DNA of 64,000 nt from an uncultured Verrucomicrobiae bacterium. GTDB taxonomy: Bacteria > Verrucomicrobiota > Verrucomicrobiia > Chthoniobacterales > UBA10450. Positions 1-10,496 of the stretch are shown here, in pieces (the stretch's first letter is position 1; every line of letters starts with the position of its first letter). The notes under the pieces were generated by a model. That model did no database searches, was not told where the DNA came from, and saw nothing but the letters and a program-made list of their open reading frames with translations. The DNA lies in assembly GCA_963786135.1 (NCBI GenBank), contig CAWAYF010000025.1:20572-84571 (forward strand), read 5' to 3'. The translations under genes were made by a program, and so were the position numbers.

Positions 1-63
1 CCGCGAGATCTGTATCCCGCGATAACAGCAACTATCGGCCGCAGTGGTCAGTCATTACGATTA

Positions 64-913
64 TTACTTGGCGACAGCCAGAATCTTGTCCAGGTCGGCT
101 ATCACCTTGTCGAGATTTGGCTGAGTATTGCCACTGTCAGACAGAACTCGGCCTGCTACGTCCGCCAAGATGAGGTGCGGTACCTCGCGAACGAGCTTTT
201 CCTGAATCGCCCCAATTTTGCCGCTCCCGCTTATCGAAAGCGATGGCCGGCCACGGCATATTGGTTTGTGAGATGTAATTCTCCATTGCAAATGCCGAGT
301 GGTCGACACTGCAAAAGATGACTTCAAACTCTGGATGCTGAGGAGCAACTTGATTGTAATAATTTATAAGGCGCGATGTGAATTGACGGCCGTCCTTCGA
401 CCAGAACGCCGAGAAAAATAAAAGATAAAACTTCTTCGACTGAAGGGCTTCGTCATCAAACGGAACCAAACTTCCCTCGTGCCAGAAAACCAGGTCGTCT
501 TTGAAAAGGTCATACATCGTGTGGCCGATTTGCCCTTCCTGCGGCACATTCGCGGCCGGCGGGCCGGGTCGATCGCCCGTCGCTAAAGCCACACCGGGTA
601 CGCTGGTCTGCTGTCCGCGCTCCAGTCCTTTTTGCTCTTCTTTCGCGGCCGCAATTTCCGCGGCCGATAACTGGCTAACACGGTTCCGAAGTTCTTCGAT
701 TAACGCCGCACTGGCTCCGACTTTTGTCAGTTCCTTTTCAGTCGTGGAATCAAAAGTATCGGCAAATTTCCTGGCCGATAATTCTCGCAATACTTCTTCG
801 CTGGAATAACCAGAACGCAACATTAGGCTCACGTCCTTAACCGTCAGCGGAATAACTGCAGCAAGGACGGAAGCAGAAACCAGTAAAGATAGCACTACGA
901 GTGTGCGCGCCAT
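64..913 (-). CDS. secreted thioredoxin-fold (TlpA/nucleoredoxin-like) protein, frame broken once near the 3' end
   Basis: ORF 137..913 starts with a signal-like MARTLVVLSLLVSASVLAA and has a thioredoxin-like half (KKFYLLFFSAFWSKDGRQF...EVIFCSVD...MPWPAIAF). The natural continuation (GSGKIGAIQEKLVREVPHLILADVAGRVL...) lies in overlapping ORF 64..348 in another frame. The usual WCxxC site reads WSKDG, so there are no redox cysteines. Confidence 0.6.
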
Positions 914-1192
914 TAAGCTGATTTAAAGCAGAGATCGCGCCCGGAAGGGTGGTGACGGCCAGGCGCTCACCGAGTTCAACGGCCGCCAGTCCGGAGTCGC
1001 TCCTGGTAGAGCTGTTGAGATTGGGTACATAACGCCGAACAATCATGGAGTGGCATAACGGTTGGCGCGTTCTAAGCTGAAAGAAGAAATCGCCTATGAT
1101 CGTCAAACTCGTTGAACCGCCGGCCGCGACAGTCGTTAGCCAATAACAGGCGAGAACAAGCCTGGAATTGACATTCTAGAAACAATCTCATT

Positions 1193-2917
1193 TTGACTCA
1201 TGTGAGCGCGCCCGTGGAAAAGTCGGTCGAGAGAACCCAGCGAACATTCATCAACCTGTTCCTGGCCATTGTCTGCATCGTGCTGTTCGTGGTTACCGCA
1301 ATCTGGGGCGGGCGCGATCTTTACATTCGCTGGCAGGAGAAGCGACTGGCTCGACGAGCAATAGTTGACTTACAGCACGGAAATGATCGTGATGCCAATC
1401 TCGCGGCACGGACGATTCTTGAGTTGAAGCCGGCTAGTGCGCCAGCGGCACGGATCATGGCGCAGCTGGCTGAACGACGGGGTGACCGGGCCGCGCTGGA
1501 TTGGCGCCGCAAAGTTGCTCAAGAAGAACCAAAGTCGGTTTCCGACGAATTAGCTCTGGCGCGCTGCGCACTCCAGTTCAAAGACATCGTTACGGCCCGG
1601 CGGACATTGGATGCAGTTGAACAAAACGAGCGGAACACAGCAGAATTTCACGCGGCTTGCGCGCTTCTTGGGCAAGCGATGCATGAGGACGAAAAGGCTG
1701 ATCAGGAATGGACCGAGGCGATTCGCCTCGACCCGCAAGATTCGTCTTACCGATTGCAGCTAGCAACGCTGCGGCTTCGAGCCAACGAGCCTAAGCGCCA
1801 CGCCTCCGGCGAAGAGATGCTGAACGCGCTTCGAGCCGATCCCGTCCAACGAGTTCCGGCAACACGGGCGCTAATTACTGATGGCGCAGCGCAGCGCATC
1901 AACAGCGATGCCCTGCTAGGGATGGCGCAGGCGCTGCAAGCTTATCCCGAAGCGACCTTCAACGATCGCCTCCTCTATTTGGATATTTTGCGACAGTTGC
2001 ACGCGCCGGAATTTGCGAATCAGCTAACCAGTTTCGAACAAGACGCCAATTCGGATCCGGTAAAACTGGCTGCGTTGATTTCGTGGATGGCGACGAGCGG
2101 CCTGAGCCTGGTGGCGATCGACTTCGTGCGGGGGTCGCCACCTGAGACAGTCAACAAATGGCCGGTGCCAATCGCGATGGCTGAAGCTTACGCTAAGTTC
2201 GGCGATTGGGCGGCGCTGGAGGCGTGGGTCACCAACAAAGATTGGGGGCAATCCGATTTTATGCGGCACGCTTACCTGGCGCTGGCGTTGCGCAATCAGA
2301 ACAAAACAGCCGCAGCGGAAAAGGAATGGGCGGCGGCGGAAAAGCAGGCAGCAACTGAAGCGATGTTTCTATCGATGCTGACTCGAGCGACTTCAGAATG
2401 GCGTTGGAAGAAAGAGTGGACCGAGTTGCTCTGGAATCTCACCAATTACCCCGAGACGCAATTCGAAGCCCTGCAAAGCCTCTACCAAAAATACACCAAC
2501 GACGGGGATACCGCAGGGCTTTATCGGGTCCTTGTCCGATTGCTCGAACTACTTCCAGACGACGAACGAATTCAAAATAACCTCGCCCAGGTTTCTCTCC
2601 TGCTTAACGCCGATATGGCACGAGCGAGGAAACTCGCGGAGGAACTGTATCGAAAGGAGGAAACGAATCCTGCTTACGCATCCACCTACGCATTCGCTCT
2701 CTACACAAATGGGGACGCCAAAGGCGCGGTGAAAATCATGAACTCATTAAATGAAAGCCAGCTGCGCGATCCTGCGGTGGCTGCTTATTATGGTGTTATT
2801 CTCGCGGCCAGCGGCGATGCGCAAGGCGCCCGCGAATATCTCAAACTCGGTACCTCAGCCAAGCTTCTTCCCGAAGAAAAAGCGCTGGTTAAGAAAGCCG
2901 AGAGCTCGCTCCAATAG
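1193..2917 (+). CDS. TPR-repeat protein with N-terminal membrane anchor
   Basis: Intact 574-aa ORF with one hydrophobic helix (FINLFLAIVCIVLFVVTAIWG), followed by Ala/Leu-rich helical repeats typical of TPR-like proteins. Start is TTG or GTG. Confidence 0.6.
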   Translation: MTHVSAPVEKSVERTQRTFINLFLAIVCIVLFVVTAIWGGRDLYIRWQEKRLARRAIVDLQHGNDRDANLAARTILELKPASAPAARIMAQLAERRGDRAALDWRRKVAQEEPKSVSDELALARCALQFKDIVTARRTLDAVEQNERNTAEFHAACALLGQAMHEDEKADQEWTEAIRLDPQDSSYRLQLATLRLRANEPKRHASGEEMLNALRADPVQRVPATRALITDGAAQRINSDALLGMAQALQAYPEATFNDRLLYLDILRQLHAPEFANQLTSFEQDANSDPVKLAALISWMATSGLSLVAIDFVRGSPPETVNKWPVPIAMAEAYAKFGDWAALEAWVTNKDWGQSDFMRHAYLALALRNQNKTAAAEKEWAAAEKQAATEAMFLSMLTRATSEWRWKKEWTELLWNLTNYPETQFEALQSLYQKYTNDGDTAGLYRVLVRLLELLPDDERIQNNLAQVSLLLNADMARARKLAEELYRKEETNPAYASTYAFALYTNGDAKGAVKIMNSLNESQLRDPAVAAYYGVILAASGDAQGAREYLKLGTSAKLLPEEKALVKKAESSLQ

Positions 2918-2989
2918 CAGAGTTGCCACCAAAAAAAGAGCGACCGTCCATGGGAACGGTCGCTCTTCAGTCAAACAAGAGTCAAATTC

Positions 2990-3673
2990 TTAGGCTGTCA
3001 CACGGCGACGGCGACGGGCTTCAAAGGCAGTCACGGCAATTGCCAACAAAGCAGTCGGGATCAGGCTCGTGGCTTCCGGAATCGGAGAGACCGTTGCTTG
3101 GAAGGCCCATAGCAATTCGTCACCAGTGGCCCCGATCACCGAAATATAATTATACGTGCCGAAACTCGGAACACTGATCCAAGTGTCATTGGTCGAATCG
3201 CCGTAGGTATTGAGGAAGGTCCCGCGGGAGCCGAGCGTGTTCGACCCATAAAGACTGAACGACTCGTTCGGATCGACGCTGCTGACCTTCACTTGCCCGC
3301 CCGTGAACCCTTTACTGAGGATCGAGCTCAGATCTAATTGAATGTAATTGTCTGTCTGGATCTCATTATGCGGCGTGCCGACGAAGCCGAGGCCGTGGTC
3401 TGGGCTGGCATCCTTGTAATAAAGCTCGTGGGGCGTGTCAGGTCCGCTGACAACGTCGAAGCCGTATGCGGTAATGGAATAACCGCTCGAAGCAAAGGTG
3501 TGACTGGCGGTGCCGACCGATGCATTGGCGTTGGCAGGGTTAAAATCCCAGGTGACGAGGGTAGCTCCAGCCGGCGTGGCGGCCAGGGCTAGTATGGCGG
3601 AACAAGCCAGGGCGAGTTTCATGGAAAGCGTAGATAACTTCATTCGTTGTTTGATGATTTCCATAATTCTCAT
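2990..3673 (-). CDS. secreted protein with PEP-CTERM-like C-terminal sorting signal
   Basis: N-terminal signal peptide (MKLALACSAILALAATPAGA). The C-terminus PIPEATSLIPTALLAIAVTAFEARRRRR matches the P-E-x motif + TM helix + Arg cluster layout. Confidence 0.65.
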   Translation of the reverse strand: MRIMEIIKQRMKLSTLSMKLALACSAILALAATPAGATLVTWDFNPANANASVGTASHTFASSGYSITAYGFDVVSGPDTPHELYYKDASPDHGLGFVGTPHNEIQTDNYIQLDLSSILSKGFTGGQVKVSSVDPNESFSLYGSNTLGSRGTFLNTYGDSTNDTWISVPSFGTYNYISVIGATGDELLWAFQATVSPIPEATSLIPTALLAIAVTAFEARRRRRVTA

Positions 3674-3931
3674 ATTTGCGTCACATGGTCAATAAAAATC
3701 GCATGCCACCCCGCAAACTTTCTCCCGATCTCCCCCCTTTTTAAGGGAGCTTTTCCCGGCAAGTCAAGAAAATTTGCCCCTCAAGCGTGGCAGGCGCCCC
3801 CGGAACCGGCCAACAATTGGGGAGGGTTCCGCCCCGACGGCGGGGCCATTCTACCCATCACGATTGGAGGGGTCGTGCTCGATGCAAAAGCGCTGCCAAA
3901 AACCGGTACTGCGCTCGCGACGAGGCGCCGG

Positions 3932-4501
3932 TTACAGATTTCGCCAGGAGTACTGGCTGCTAAGAAATGCCTTTTGCAGTTCCTTGAAATCGGGTGATCG
4001 ACACGTGAGCTGGCAGCGGATTTGTTCTGGGCCACGGTTTACGAACAAAATCGACCGATTGTAATTATTGCCGCCGACGCTGTAGCTGATGACAACGAGA
4101 AAGGTTTCCCTCTTTCCGATCCGCAGGGGAGCTTTCTCTTGGGACTCCACTACCACATTGCTGCTGCCTTTAGGAACCAAGGCAACAACTTCCGCCACCA
4201 GTTTCTTTAGGGTCTCATCATCGAATTGACTCTGATCCGGTCGTGAGATTGTTGCGATTGTTGCTTCCGCCTGAGTTTTATTTGGGGGATACAGCGTAAG
4301 TTGGGTCGCTGTGGCAGAATACTTCCAGCCACGCGGCGACTGATAGGTTACTTTCTGGTCCCCGTCAGCAAAGGCGAGCTGCTTTAGTTTGGCGCCGTCC
4401 AGCACGTATTCATCGACCGTTGGTGTCATTACCAACGCGGCTCTGCCGACGTCTGCCAGCAAGAGGCTCGCGACAAATGCGAAAATTAGAGAACGTACCA
4501 T
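3932..4501 (-). CDS. secreted hypothetical protein, last gene of the pseudopilin operon
   Basis: 189-aa ORF with signal peptide (MVRSLIFAFVASLLLADVGRA). Its start overlaps the stop of the upstream gene by 16 nt. Confidence 0.5.
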   Translation of the reverse strand: MVRSLIFAFVASLLLADVGRAALVMTPTVDEYVLDGAKLKQLAFADGDQKVTYQSPRGWKYSATATQLTLYPPNKTQAEATIATISRPDQSQFDDETLKKLVAEVVALVPKGSSNVVVESQEKAPLRIGKRETFLVVISYSVGGNNYNRSILFVNRGPEQIRCQLTCRSPDFKELQKAFLSSQYSWRNL

Positions 4502-6105
4502 CTGCCCTTAATATAACTCACAACCATCAACGTACCTGGCGGCGGATTCGCCTTGAAGTTCGTATCGAAGTACCATTCTCGCGTGGGCGGAACATAGACG
4601 TTGGCCTTGCCCCATTCACCAATGGATTGCTGGCTCTTGAATAGTTCCACCATGGAACCGTAATAGCTGAGCGTCTGATTGGTCCAGTCTTCAAGGAAAC
4701 GCGGGAAGTTCTCCGCGCCGCCGCTGTAAGACCCATCTCCGCCCACGGTTGCTGTAGGCACGATCCCCGCGACAACCGCCACATTGTAAGTCGTAGGCGA
4801 CGCAGTGGGAACAGTTCCGGAATTCGCATCGCTCCAACTGTTGGATAACAGATTCAGCGCGTCGGCAAGAATCGAGCAAGGTGCTCGGGTATAGCCGGAA
4901 ACGCTAGAACTCGGCGGACTGGACGGATTGATGTAGGTGCCATCTGCATTGAAGTTGGCAGGATTATTCGACGGAACCGTGCTTCCTGTTCCTCCGGTAT
5001 TGAAGTCTCCCTGAACGTAAACCGGATTACTACTTACAACAGTGAGTCCGGAAGTTGGGATCTTGCTCCCATTCTTGAGTCGGATGGCACGCCGACTGGC
5101 TGTCGTGTTATTTGGGTCGTAGACATAAACAATGCCGTTGAAATTGCCTGACTTGTAATTCGGATTGGCGCCGGCGCCGCTCTCTATCGCACTGACATCG
5201 AGTGTGGAAACATGCATCGTGGCGCCTTCGCGGTTATCCTGGATCGTCTGACCCGTGCTAATCGCGCCATTAAACATGCTATACATCCAGTAGTTTGGCG
5301 ATACTAGTGATGGTGCCGCCGTCCCACTAGTCCAAACTGGTGTGAACGCATAGTTGGCTCCGCTCGGATAACCGATGGTGTAGGTGTTGTTCGCGTTAAT
5401 TTGAATAATCACACCGGCCTGGTCCCAGAGTCGCTGACCTGCTAGCGGATCACTATTTCCCGCAACTGGAGGCTGAATCAGCTCAGCATAGCTGTCGTTA
5501 TTCGGATTCGAGTCCGTAGTACTAAAAATCGAGGTCGAATCCAAACCAAAAGGTTGCATTGCCTGGTCGCGAGCGGGCGGGAGGCCGCTCGGATAATTCG
5601 GGGCTGCGGGCGTCTCCGGGTGTTGCCCATCTCCAGGCATAAAGCCGACAAACCAGTCCGATCCATAGGTTACTTTATCGGCAAATGTAAGGGTGTTGTG
5701 ACCAGTGTACAGATCCGAGTTTGTATGCACCCACCCGGTTACGGTGAACAATGGCCCGGGATGGATTTCGAGCGGATCGACATAGAAAATCGCCCAATTC
5801 CACGGCGAGAGCTGCTGCTTCGAGAACACGCGCCGCACTTTGGCTACGACCTCGCGCTGGGTAGAAGATCCGAACGAACTATTTAAGGTTACGTCGGCCG
5901 ACGCGATGTAATTGTAAGTCGCGGACGTAGTGGGTGAAACTGACGATACGTTAGTAGTCAATTGTCCCAGCTGCGCTTCAGGAGTCGCAGCCGCGCTAGC
6001 CACCGCGTTATATTCAGCATCAACTCCAACCACTTTATAATTCGAAATCGTGTAGGTCGCGTCGAACTCATCGTTTGCCGGATCATAGCTCGCCCCTCGC
6101 TTCAC
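4486..6105 (-). CDS. large pilus/pseudopilus-associated protein, possibly continuous with the PilX-like ORF upstream
   Basis: Intact 539-aa Asn/Ser/Thr/Gly-rich ORF with a GTG start and no signal peptide. It overlaps ORF 6083..6406 by 23 nt in another frame. Confidence 0.5.
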   Translation of the reverse strand: MKRGASYDPANDEFDATYTISNYKVVGVDAEYNAVASAAATPEAQLGQLTTNVSSVSPTTSATYNYIASADVTLNSSFGSSTQREVVAKVRRVFSKQQLSPWNWAIFYVDPLEIHPGPLFTVTGWVHTNSDLYTGHNTLTFADKVTYGSDWFVGFMPGDGQHPETPAAPNYPSGLPPARDQAMQPFGLDSTSIFSTTDSNPNNDSYAELIQPPVAGNSDPLAGQRLWDQAGVIIQINANNTYTIGYPSGANYAFTPVWTSGTAAPSLVSPNYWMYSMFNGAISTGQTIQDNREGATMHVSTLDVSAIESGAGANPNYKSGNFNGIVYVYDPNNTTASRRAIRLKNGSKIPTSGLTVVSSNPVYVQGDFNTGGTGSTVPSNNPANFNADGTYINPSSPPSSSVSGYTRAPCSILADALNLLSNSWSDANSGTVPTASPTTYNVAVVAGIVPTATVGGDGSYSGGAENFPRFLEDWTNQTLSYYGSMVELFKSQQSIGEWGKANVYVPPTREWYFDTNFKANPPPGTLMVVSYIKGRWYVL

Positions 6106-6406
6106 GAAATTCGAAGCTCGACACGTTGGGGAAGGGAGATGGCGTCGGTATGGCCGAAAAATCGCTCGTCTTTTTAACGGTGGTTGGCGACGTGCGACAG
6201 GTAGAGCGCCAGTTGTTAAACATTACCTCGATCGCACTGTCTCCGATCGCGAGGGCGTTCTGCAAGGTAGTTGTCCGTTGCGTATTACGGCTAACGGTTG
6301 TCGTGTAGTAGACTGCCACTGCAACAATGGCCATCAGGATTGCCATGGTCGAAATGACTACGGCGAGTGTGCTTCCACACTGTCTGTGATCGAATTTTGT
6401 TTTCAT
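6083..6406 (-). CDS. PilX-N-terminal-like minor pseudopilin
   Basis: The N-terminus RQCGSTLAVVISTMAILMAIVAVAVYY resembles the PilX N-terminal hydrophobic segment. ATGA overlap with the upstream gene at 6403..6406. Confidence 0.5.
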   Translation of the reverse strand: MKTKFDHRQCGSTLAVVISTMAILMAIVAVAVYYTTTVSRNTQRTTTLQNALAIGDSAIEVMFNNWRSTCRTSPTTVKKTSDFSAIPTPSPFPNVSSFEFREARGEL

Positions 6407-7252
6407 TGGTAAGTGGTAAGTCGTGTTTTGAAGGGAACCTGGCCGTTGAGCAGGATGTTTGCGGATTTGTAGCCGCGATTGCTGTATTGAGTGTCAGACG
6501 TAGACAGATCGATCGCGGCGACGAAACGGTAATAAAGGGCGCCGGCCGCAGTCGCTGGAGTGCTAAACGGAGTGGAGTTCGTCACATAATTAGCCACAGC
6601 TTTGGTGTTGCCTTTCCACTTCCAATTCAGGTTGTTGCTGGATACAGCGTAGGAACACCGGTCCGTTATGAAGCACACAATATCGCCGCCTGTACTCCCG
6701 GTGCCTTTGATTGCGAGCGGTATTGTGCTCATCGGATAGGTCACCGGTGGAGTCAACGCCGGACCGGATATGTTGCTGAGATTAGAGCGAAAGTCACCCG
6801 AATTGCCGCTGACTGACGTAATGTCGGCTTCGATTTGATAAGCCGGAATGATTAGTCGTTGACCGGCTACTGGGGTAGGTCCCGAAGTCGTGTGTCAGCA
6901 CCAGATGGATCTGAGTGGCGCCCGCGTTTACATCATTCTTGATCTCGTGTGGGCCGCTTGACCATTGTTGAAAGGAGATTCCCTCGGCTGCAGTGGGTGC
7001 CGGCGAAGGATACGCCGTGCCGGTAGCATCAGATAACGCAGGCAGCGAAACGGAGGAGTGCAGGTCTTGAAGCATGTCAACCATCGCCACACGGGCCTGC
7101 TGATGCGCGACGTTGACGGCTGTGTTCTTGGCGCCCAGGACGGTGCTCGTATACAAAATCGAACATAAAACCAAGCCGACCACCCCCATGAGGGCGACGG
7201 TAAACATCAATTCCACAAGTTTGAAACCAGCCGATTGCGAAGAAACTTTCAT
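6403..7252 (-). CDS. prepilin-type N-terminal cleavage/methylation domain protein (pseudopilin), one frame break
   Basis: ORF 6794..7252 begins MKVSSQSAG|FKLVELMFTVALMGVVGLV (G-F-x-L-V-E prepilin motif). A second frame is open from about 6870 down to 6403 (GQRLIIPAYQIEADITSVSG...PVTYPMSTIPLAIKG...), which implies one indel near 6868..6880. Confidence 0.6.
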
Positions 7253-7830
7253 ATGTCAGACGTGCGGATGGTGCTCACTGAATACGTGTAATTACGATTC
7301 AGGTAGGTGAAGGTGATCGTGAAAACAGCTTGATAAGTGTTTGGAAGGCTCCCCGACAGATCGGTTACCGTTTCCGTGAGGGTGCCATTAACGACGAGAA
7401 CAACATTGTTGCTGGCATCCCGATACTCATAAACAGGAACATTGAAGTTAGTGCCGTTGACGGAAATGTTGTGTGTGCCCACGGTCATATCGTACGTCGC
7501 ATAGCTGCCGTGGCTGGTATCCTGGGGGATTTGAGCGGTTCCATCCGAGTTGGTCTTCTGAGGATTAAACGGGCTCATCGATTGGAACAGATCAACCTGA
7601 TTCGTGAGGACCGTATAAGCGCCGGTGCTATTGCGACTCATTGTCGCAAGGGAGTTGACCTTGGTTAGTGCTCCAATGGTGGTGGCAACTCCAAGACCTA
7701 GGACAGCAATGGCGATAATAGTCTCCACCATTGTGAATCCAGCGGGATCACAGGTTTGTTTTGGACGGTGTCTCATATGTCGAATCGGCCCAGTCTCAGT
7801 GCTGGCACGACCAGGAATTATAATTTTCAT
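7249..7830 (-). CDS. prepilin-type N-terminal cleavage/methylation domain protein (pseudopilin)
   Basis: Contains MRHRPKQTCDPAG|FTMVETIIAIAVLGLGVATTIGAL, the canonical G|FT(L/M)(I/V)E motif plus a hydrophobic helix. The real start may be the internal Met at 7776. Confidence 0.7.
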   Translation of the reverse strand: MKIIIPGRASTETGPIRHMRHRPKQTCDPAGFTMVETIIAIAVLGLGVATTIGALTKVNSLATMSRNSTGAYTVLTNQVDLFQSMSPFNPQKTNSDGTAQIPQDTSHGSYATYDMTVGTHNISVNGTNFNVPVYEYRDASNNVVLVVNGTLTETVTDLSGSLPNTYQAVFTITFTYLNRNYTYSVSTIRTSDI

Positions 7831-8054
7831 AGGAGCACATTGAGTGCCATTTGGAGTTAACAGGAGTTAACAAACTGCGCTGCAAGGCGTTCCCCTACGA
7901 CGCGGATGAGGGTCCGCCCGCGCGTCGAACAATCCCGCCTGCGCAGCTTCGCCCAAGTGCCGCAAATTTCTTGCCGAAGTCTGGCGAAAGTTAAACGTCC
8001 AGAACGGGCCGACCCCGTCCTTTTCGTTGACGCCTGATTCGTTAAGTTAGGTTC

Positions 8055-9146
8055 GTGACTTCCGTTTGGGACCATGCCAATCCGCAACTGCGTGGCCTTG
8101 CCGTTTATGAACCGGGCAAACCGATCGAAGAAACTGCGCGTGAGCTGGGGGTGCCGCCTCACGAAATCATCAAGTTAGCCTCCAACGAAAATCCGCTGGG
8201 ACCTTCTCCAAAGGCGATCGACGCGATTCGGATTGCTGCCGGCTCCGCCCAACTTTATCCGGATGGCGGGGGATTTCTTTTGCGCAATCGGCTCGCCATG
8301 AAACTCGGCTGCGGGTCCGAAAACATCATCCTGGGGAACGGTTCGAACGAAATCATTGAATTCGTCGGCCACGCTTTCCTGCAACCTGGTTACGATGCCA
8401 TTGCGTTCGAGCACGCCTTCGTAGCATACAAGCTCGTCGCCAACTTATTCGGGGCACGGGCCATTGAGATCCCGGCCTCGGAGTTTCAGCCGGATCTAGA
8501 CGCGTTGCTGGCGGCGATCACACCCAAAACGAAAGTGATTTTCATCGCGAACCCAAACAATCCAACCGGAGTATTGATTCCGCCGGGCAAGATCACAGAC
8601 TTTCTCGCGCGCGTACCTGAAAACATCGTAACCGTGCTCGACGAAGCATATTTTGAATTCCTCGACAACCCTCGCGACACCCTGGGTCACATTCGAAACC
8701 GAAATGTGATAATACTCCGCACGTTCTCGAAAATTCATGGCCTGGCCAGCTTGCGCGTGGGATACGGAATCGCCCGCCGGGAAATTATCGAGGTTCTACA
8801 AAAAACGAGGCAACCATTCAACGTCAATGGAATCGCCCAACTCGCCGCATTGGCGGCGCTCGAAGATGCAAATCACATTGCCGAAACGAAGCGTGTTGTC
8901 GACGCCGGCCGCGCGTTTTTGGAGAAGGAATTTGACGCGATGAAACTAAAATTTGTTCCGAGTGCCGCGAATTTTGTGTTCGTTCACGTGGGCAATGGTC
9001 CGGCGGTTTTTAAAAAGATGCTGGCCCGCAAAATCATCGTCCGTCCTCTCGTCGGATACGGATTGCCCGACTGGCTCCGGATAAGTGTCGGAACTATGGA
9101 ACAAAACAAACAATGCATCGCCGCGTTAAAGAAAGTACTCACATAG
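8055..9146 (+). CDS. hisC: histidinol-phosphate aminotransferase
   Basis: Intact 363-aa ORF with GTG start. It has class-II aminotransferase features, including LASNENPLGPSPKA and the SKIHGLASLRVGYG lysine region. Confidence 0.85.
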   Translation: MTSVWDHANPQLRGLAVYEPGKPIEETARELGVPPHEIIKLASNENPLGPSPKAIDAIRIAAGSAQLYPDGGGFLLRNRLAMKLGCGSENIILGNGSNEIIEFVGHAFLQPGYDAIAFEHAFVAYKLVANLFGARAIEIPASEFQPDLDALLAAITPKTKVIFIANPNNPTGVLIPPGKITDFLARVPENIVTVLDEAYFEFLDNPRDTLGHIRNRNVIILRTFSKIHGLASLRVGYGIARREIIEVLQKTRQPFNVNGIAQLAALAALEDANHIAETKRVVDAGRAFLEKEFDAMKLKFVPSAANFVFVHVGNGPAVFKKMLARKIIVRPLVGYGLPDWLRISVGTMEQNKQCIAALKKVLT

Positions 9147-10496
9147 AATCGACGTCCGGCGCTGATACCATCGCGGCGATATCTACTCCAGTCGGAGAAG
9201 GGGCCATCGCTCTTGTGCGAATCTCCGGCCGGAAAGCGATTGCGATAGCGGACAAGATTTTTCGGGGGAAAGAAAAAGCATCATGCTTCGGTTCGCATGT
9301 TCAACATCTGGGCGAGATCATTAACGATTCCGGAGATTTAATCGACGAGGCATTGATGTCGGTCCATCGCGCGCCCGCGAGTTACACCGGCGAAGATTTG
9401 GTCGAGATCAGTTGTCACGGGGGAACCCTGGTGACTGCTAAAGTTCTGGAAGCCTGTTTGCGCGCAGGTGCGCGCGGCGCTCGACCAGGCGAATTCACCG
9501 AGCGCGCATTTCTAAATGGCAAAATGGACCTGACCCAGGCCGAGGCGGTCATCGACCTGATTCGAGCGCGGACCGATATGGCACTGCGATCGGCAACTGA
9601 ACAGCTCGAAGGGAAGCTCGGAGAAAAAATCAGATCGATTCGAAATGCACTCGTTGACCTTCTCGCCCACATCGAAGCCTCGATCGATTTTCCGGAGGAA
9701 GGAATCGAGCCGGACGAGGGCGAACAATTGCGTGGCCGCCTGGATTCCATTCGAGAAGAGATTTCAGCCCTTCTTGCCACGGCGGACCAAGGCCGCATTT
9801 TGCGCGAAGGCGTTCGGACCGTGATTTACGGTGCGACCAACGCCGGCAAATCGAGTTTGCTAAACCGTTTGCTCGGCTACGAACGGGTGATCGTCAGCGA
9901 CACTCACGGAACAACTCGTGACACGATCGAAGAAACCGTGAATCTCCGCGGCGTTCCAGTGCGCCTCCTCGACACCGCTGGTTTGCGAACATCGACATCG
10001 GACATCGAACGCGAAGGAATTGCGCGTACGGAGCGCTCGTTGATGAATGCGGACCTGCGCCTTCACATCTTCGATCGCAACGCTGCCGCGCCCCGCGCAT
10101 TTCGAACAAGACGCGATCGATCGGAATGAAATTATCGTCCTAAACAAGAGCGACTTGCCTGAGCACAATGATTGGAAGAATTCCAGCGGGCTTCGGATTT
10201 CCTGTGTTACGGGAAAGGGCATGAAAGACCTCGAGGAAGAGATCATAGCCCGCCTCGGCAAACAGAATCTGCGGCCGGAAAACGCAGTCGCCATCAACCT
10301 GCGCCACCACGATTGTTTGCGCCGCGCGCTTGAAGCATGTGATCGTGCGCGACGCGGAATGGAGGAGGCATTTTCCGCAGAATGTTTCGCCGTCGATCTG
10401 AACGAAGCGCTCCGTGACGTTGGCGAAGTGATAGGCGAGACAGGCGTCGAGCAAATTTTGGATTCCGTCTTCAGTCAGTTTTGCATCGGCAAATGA
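9113..10496 (+). CDS. mnmE: tRNA modification GTPase MnmE, one frame break
   Basis: ORF 9113..10129 (DTIAAISTPVGEGAIALVRISG..., G-domain GATNAGKSSLLN, DTAGLR) continues in ORF 10047..10496, which ends in the family-typical FCIGK. The frame switch lies within 10047..10129, which contains a C4 run at 10091..10094. Confidence 0.85.
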
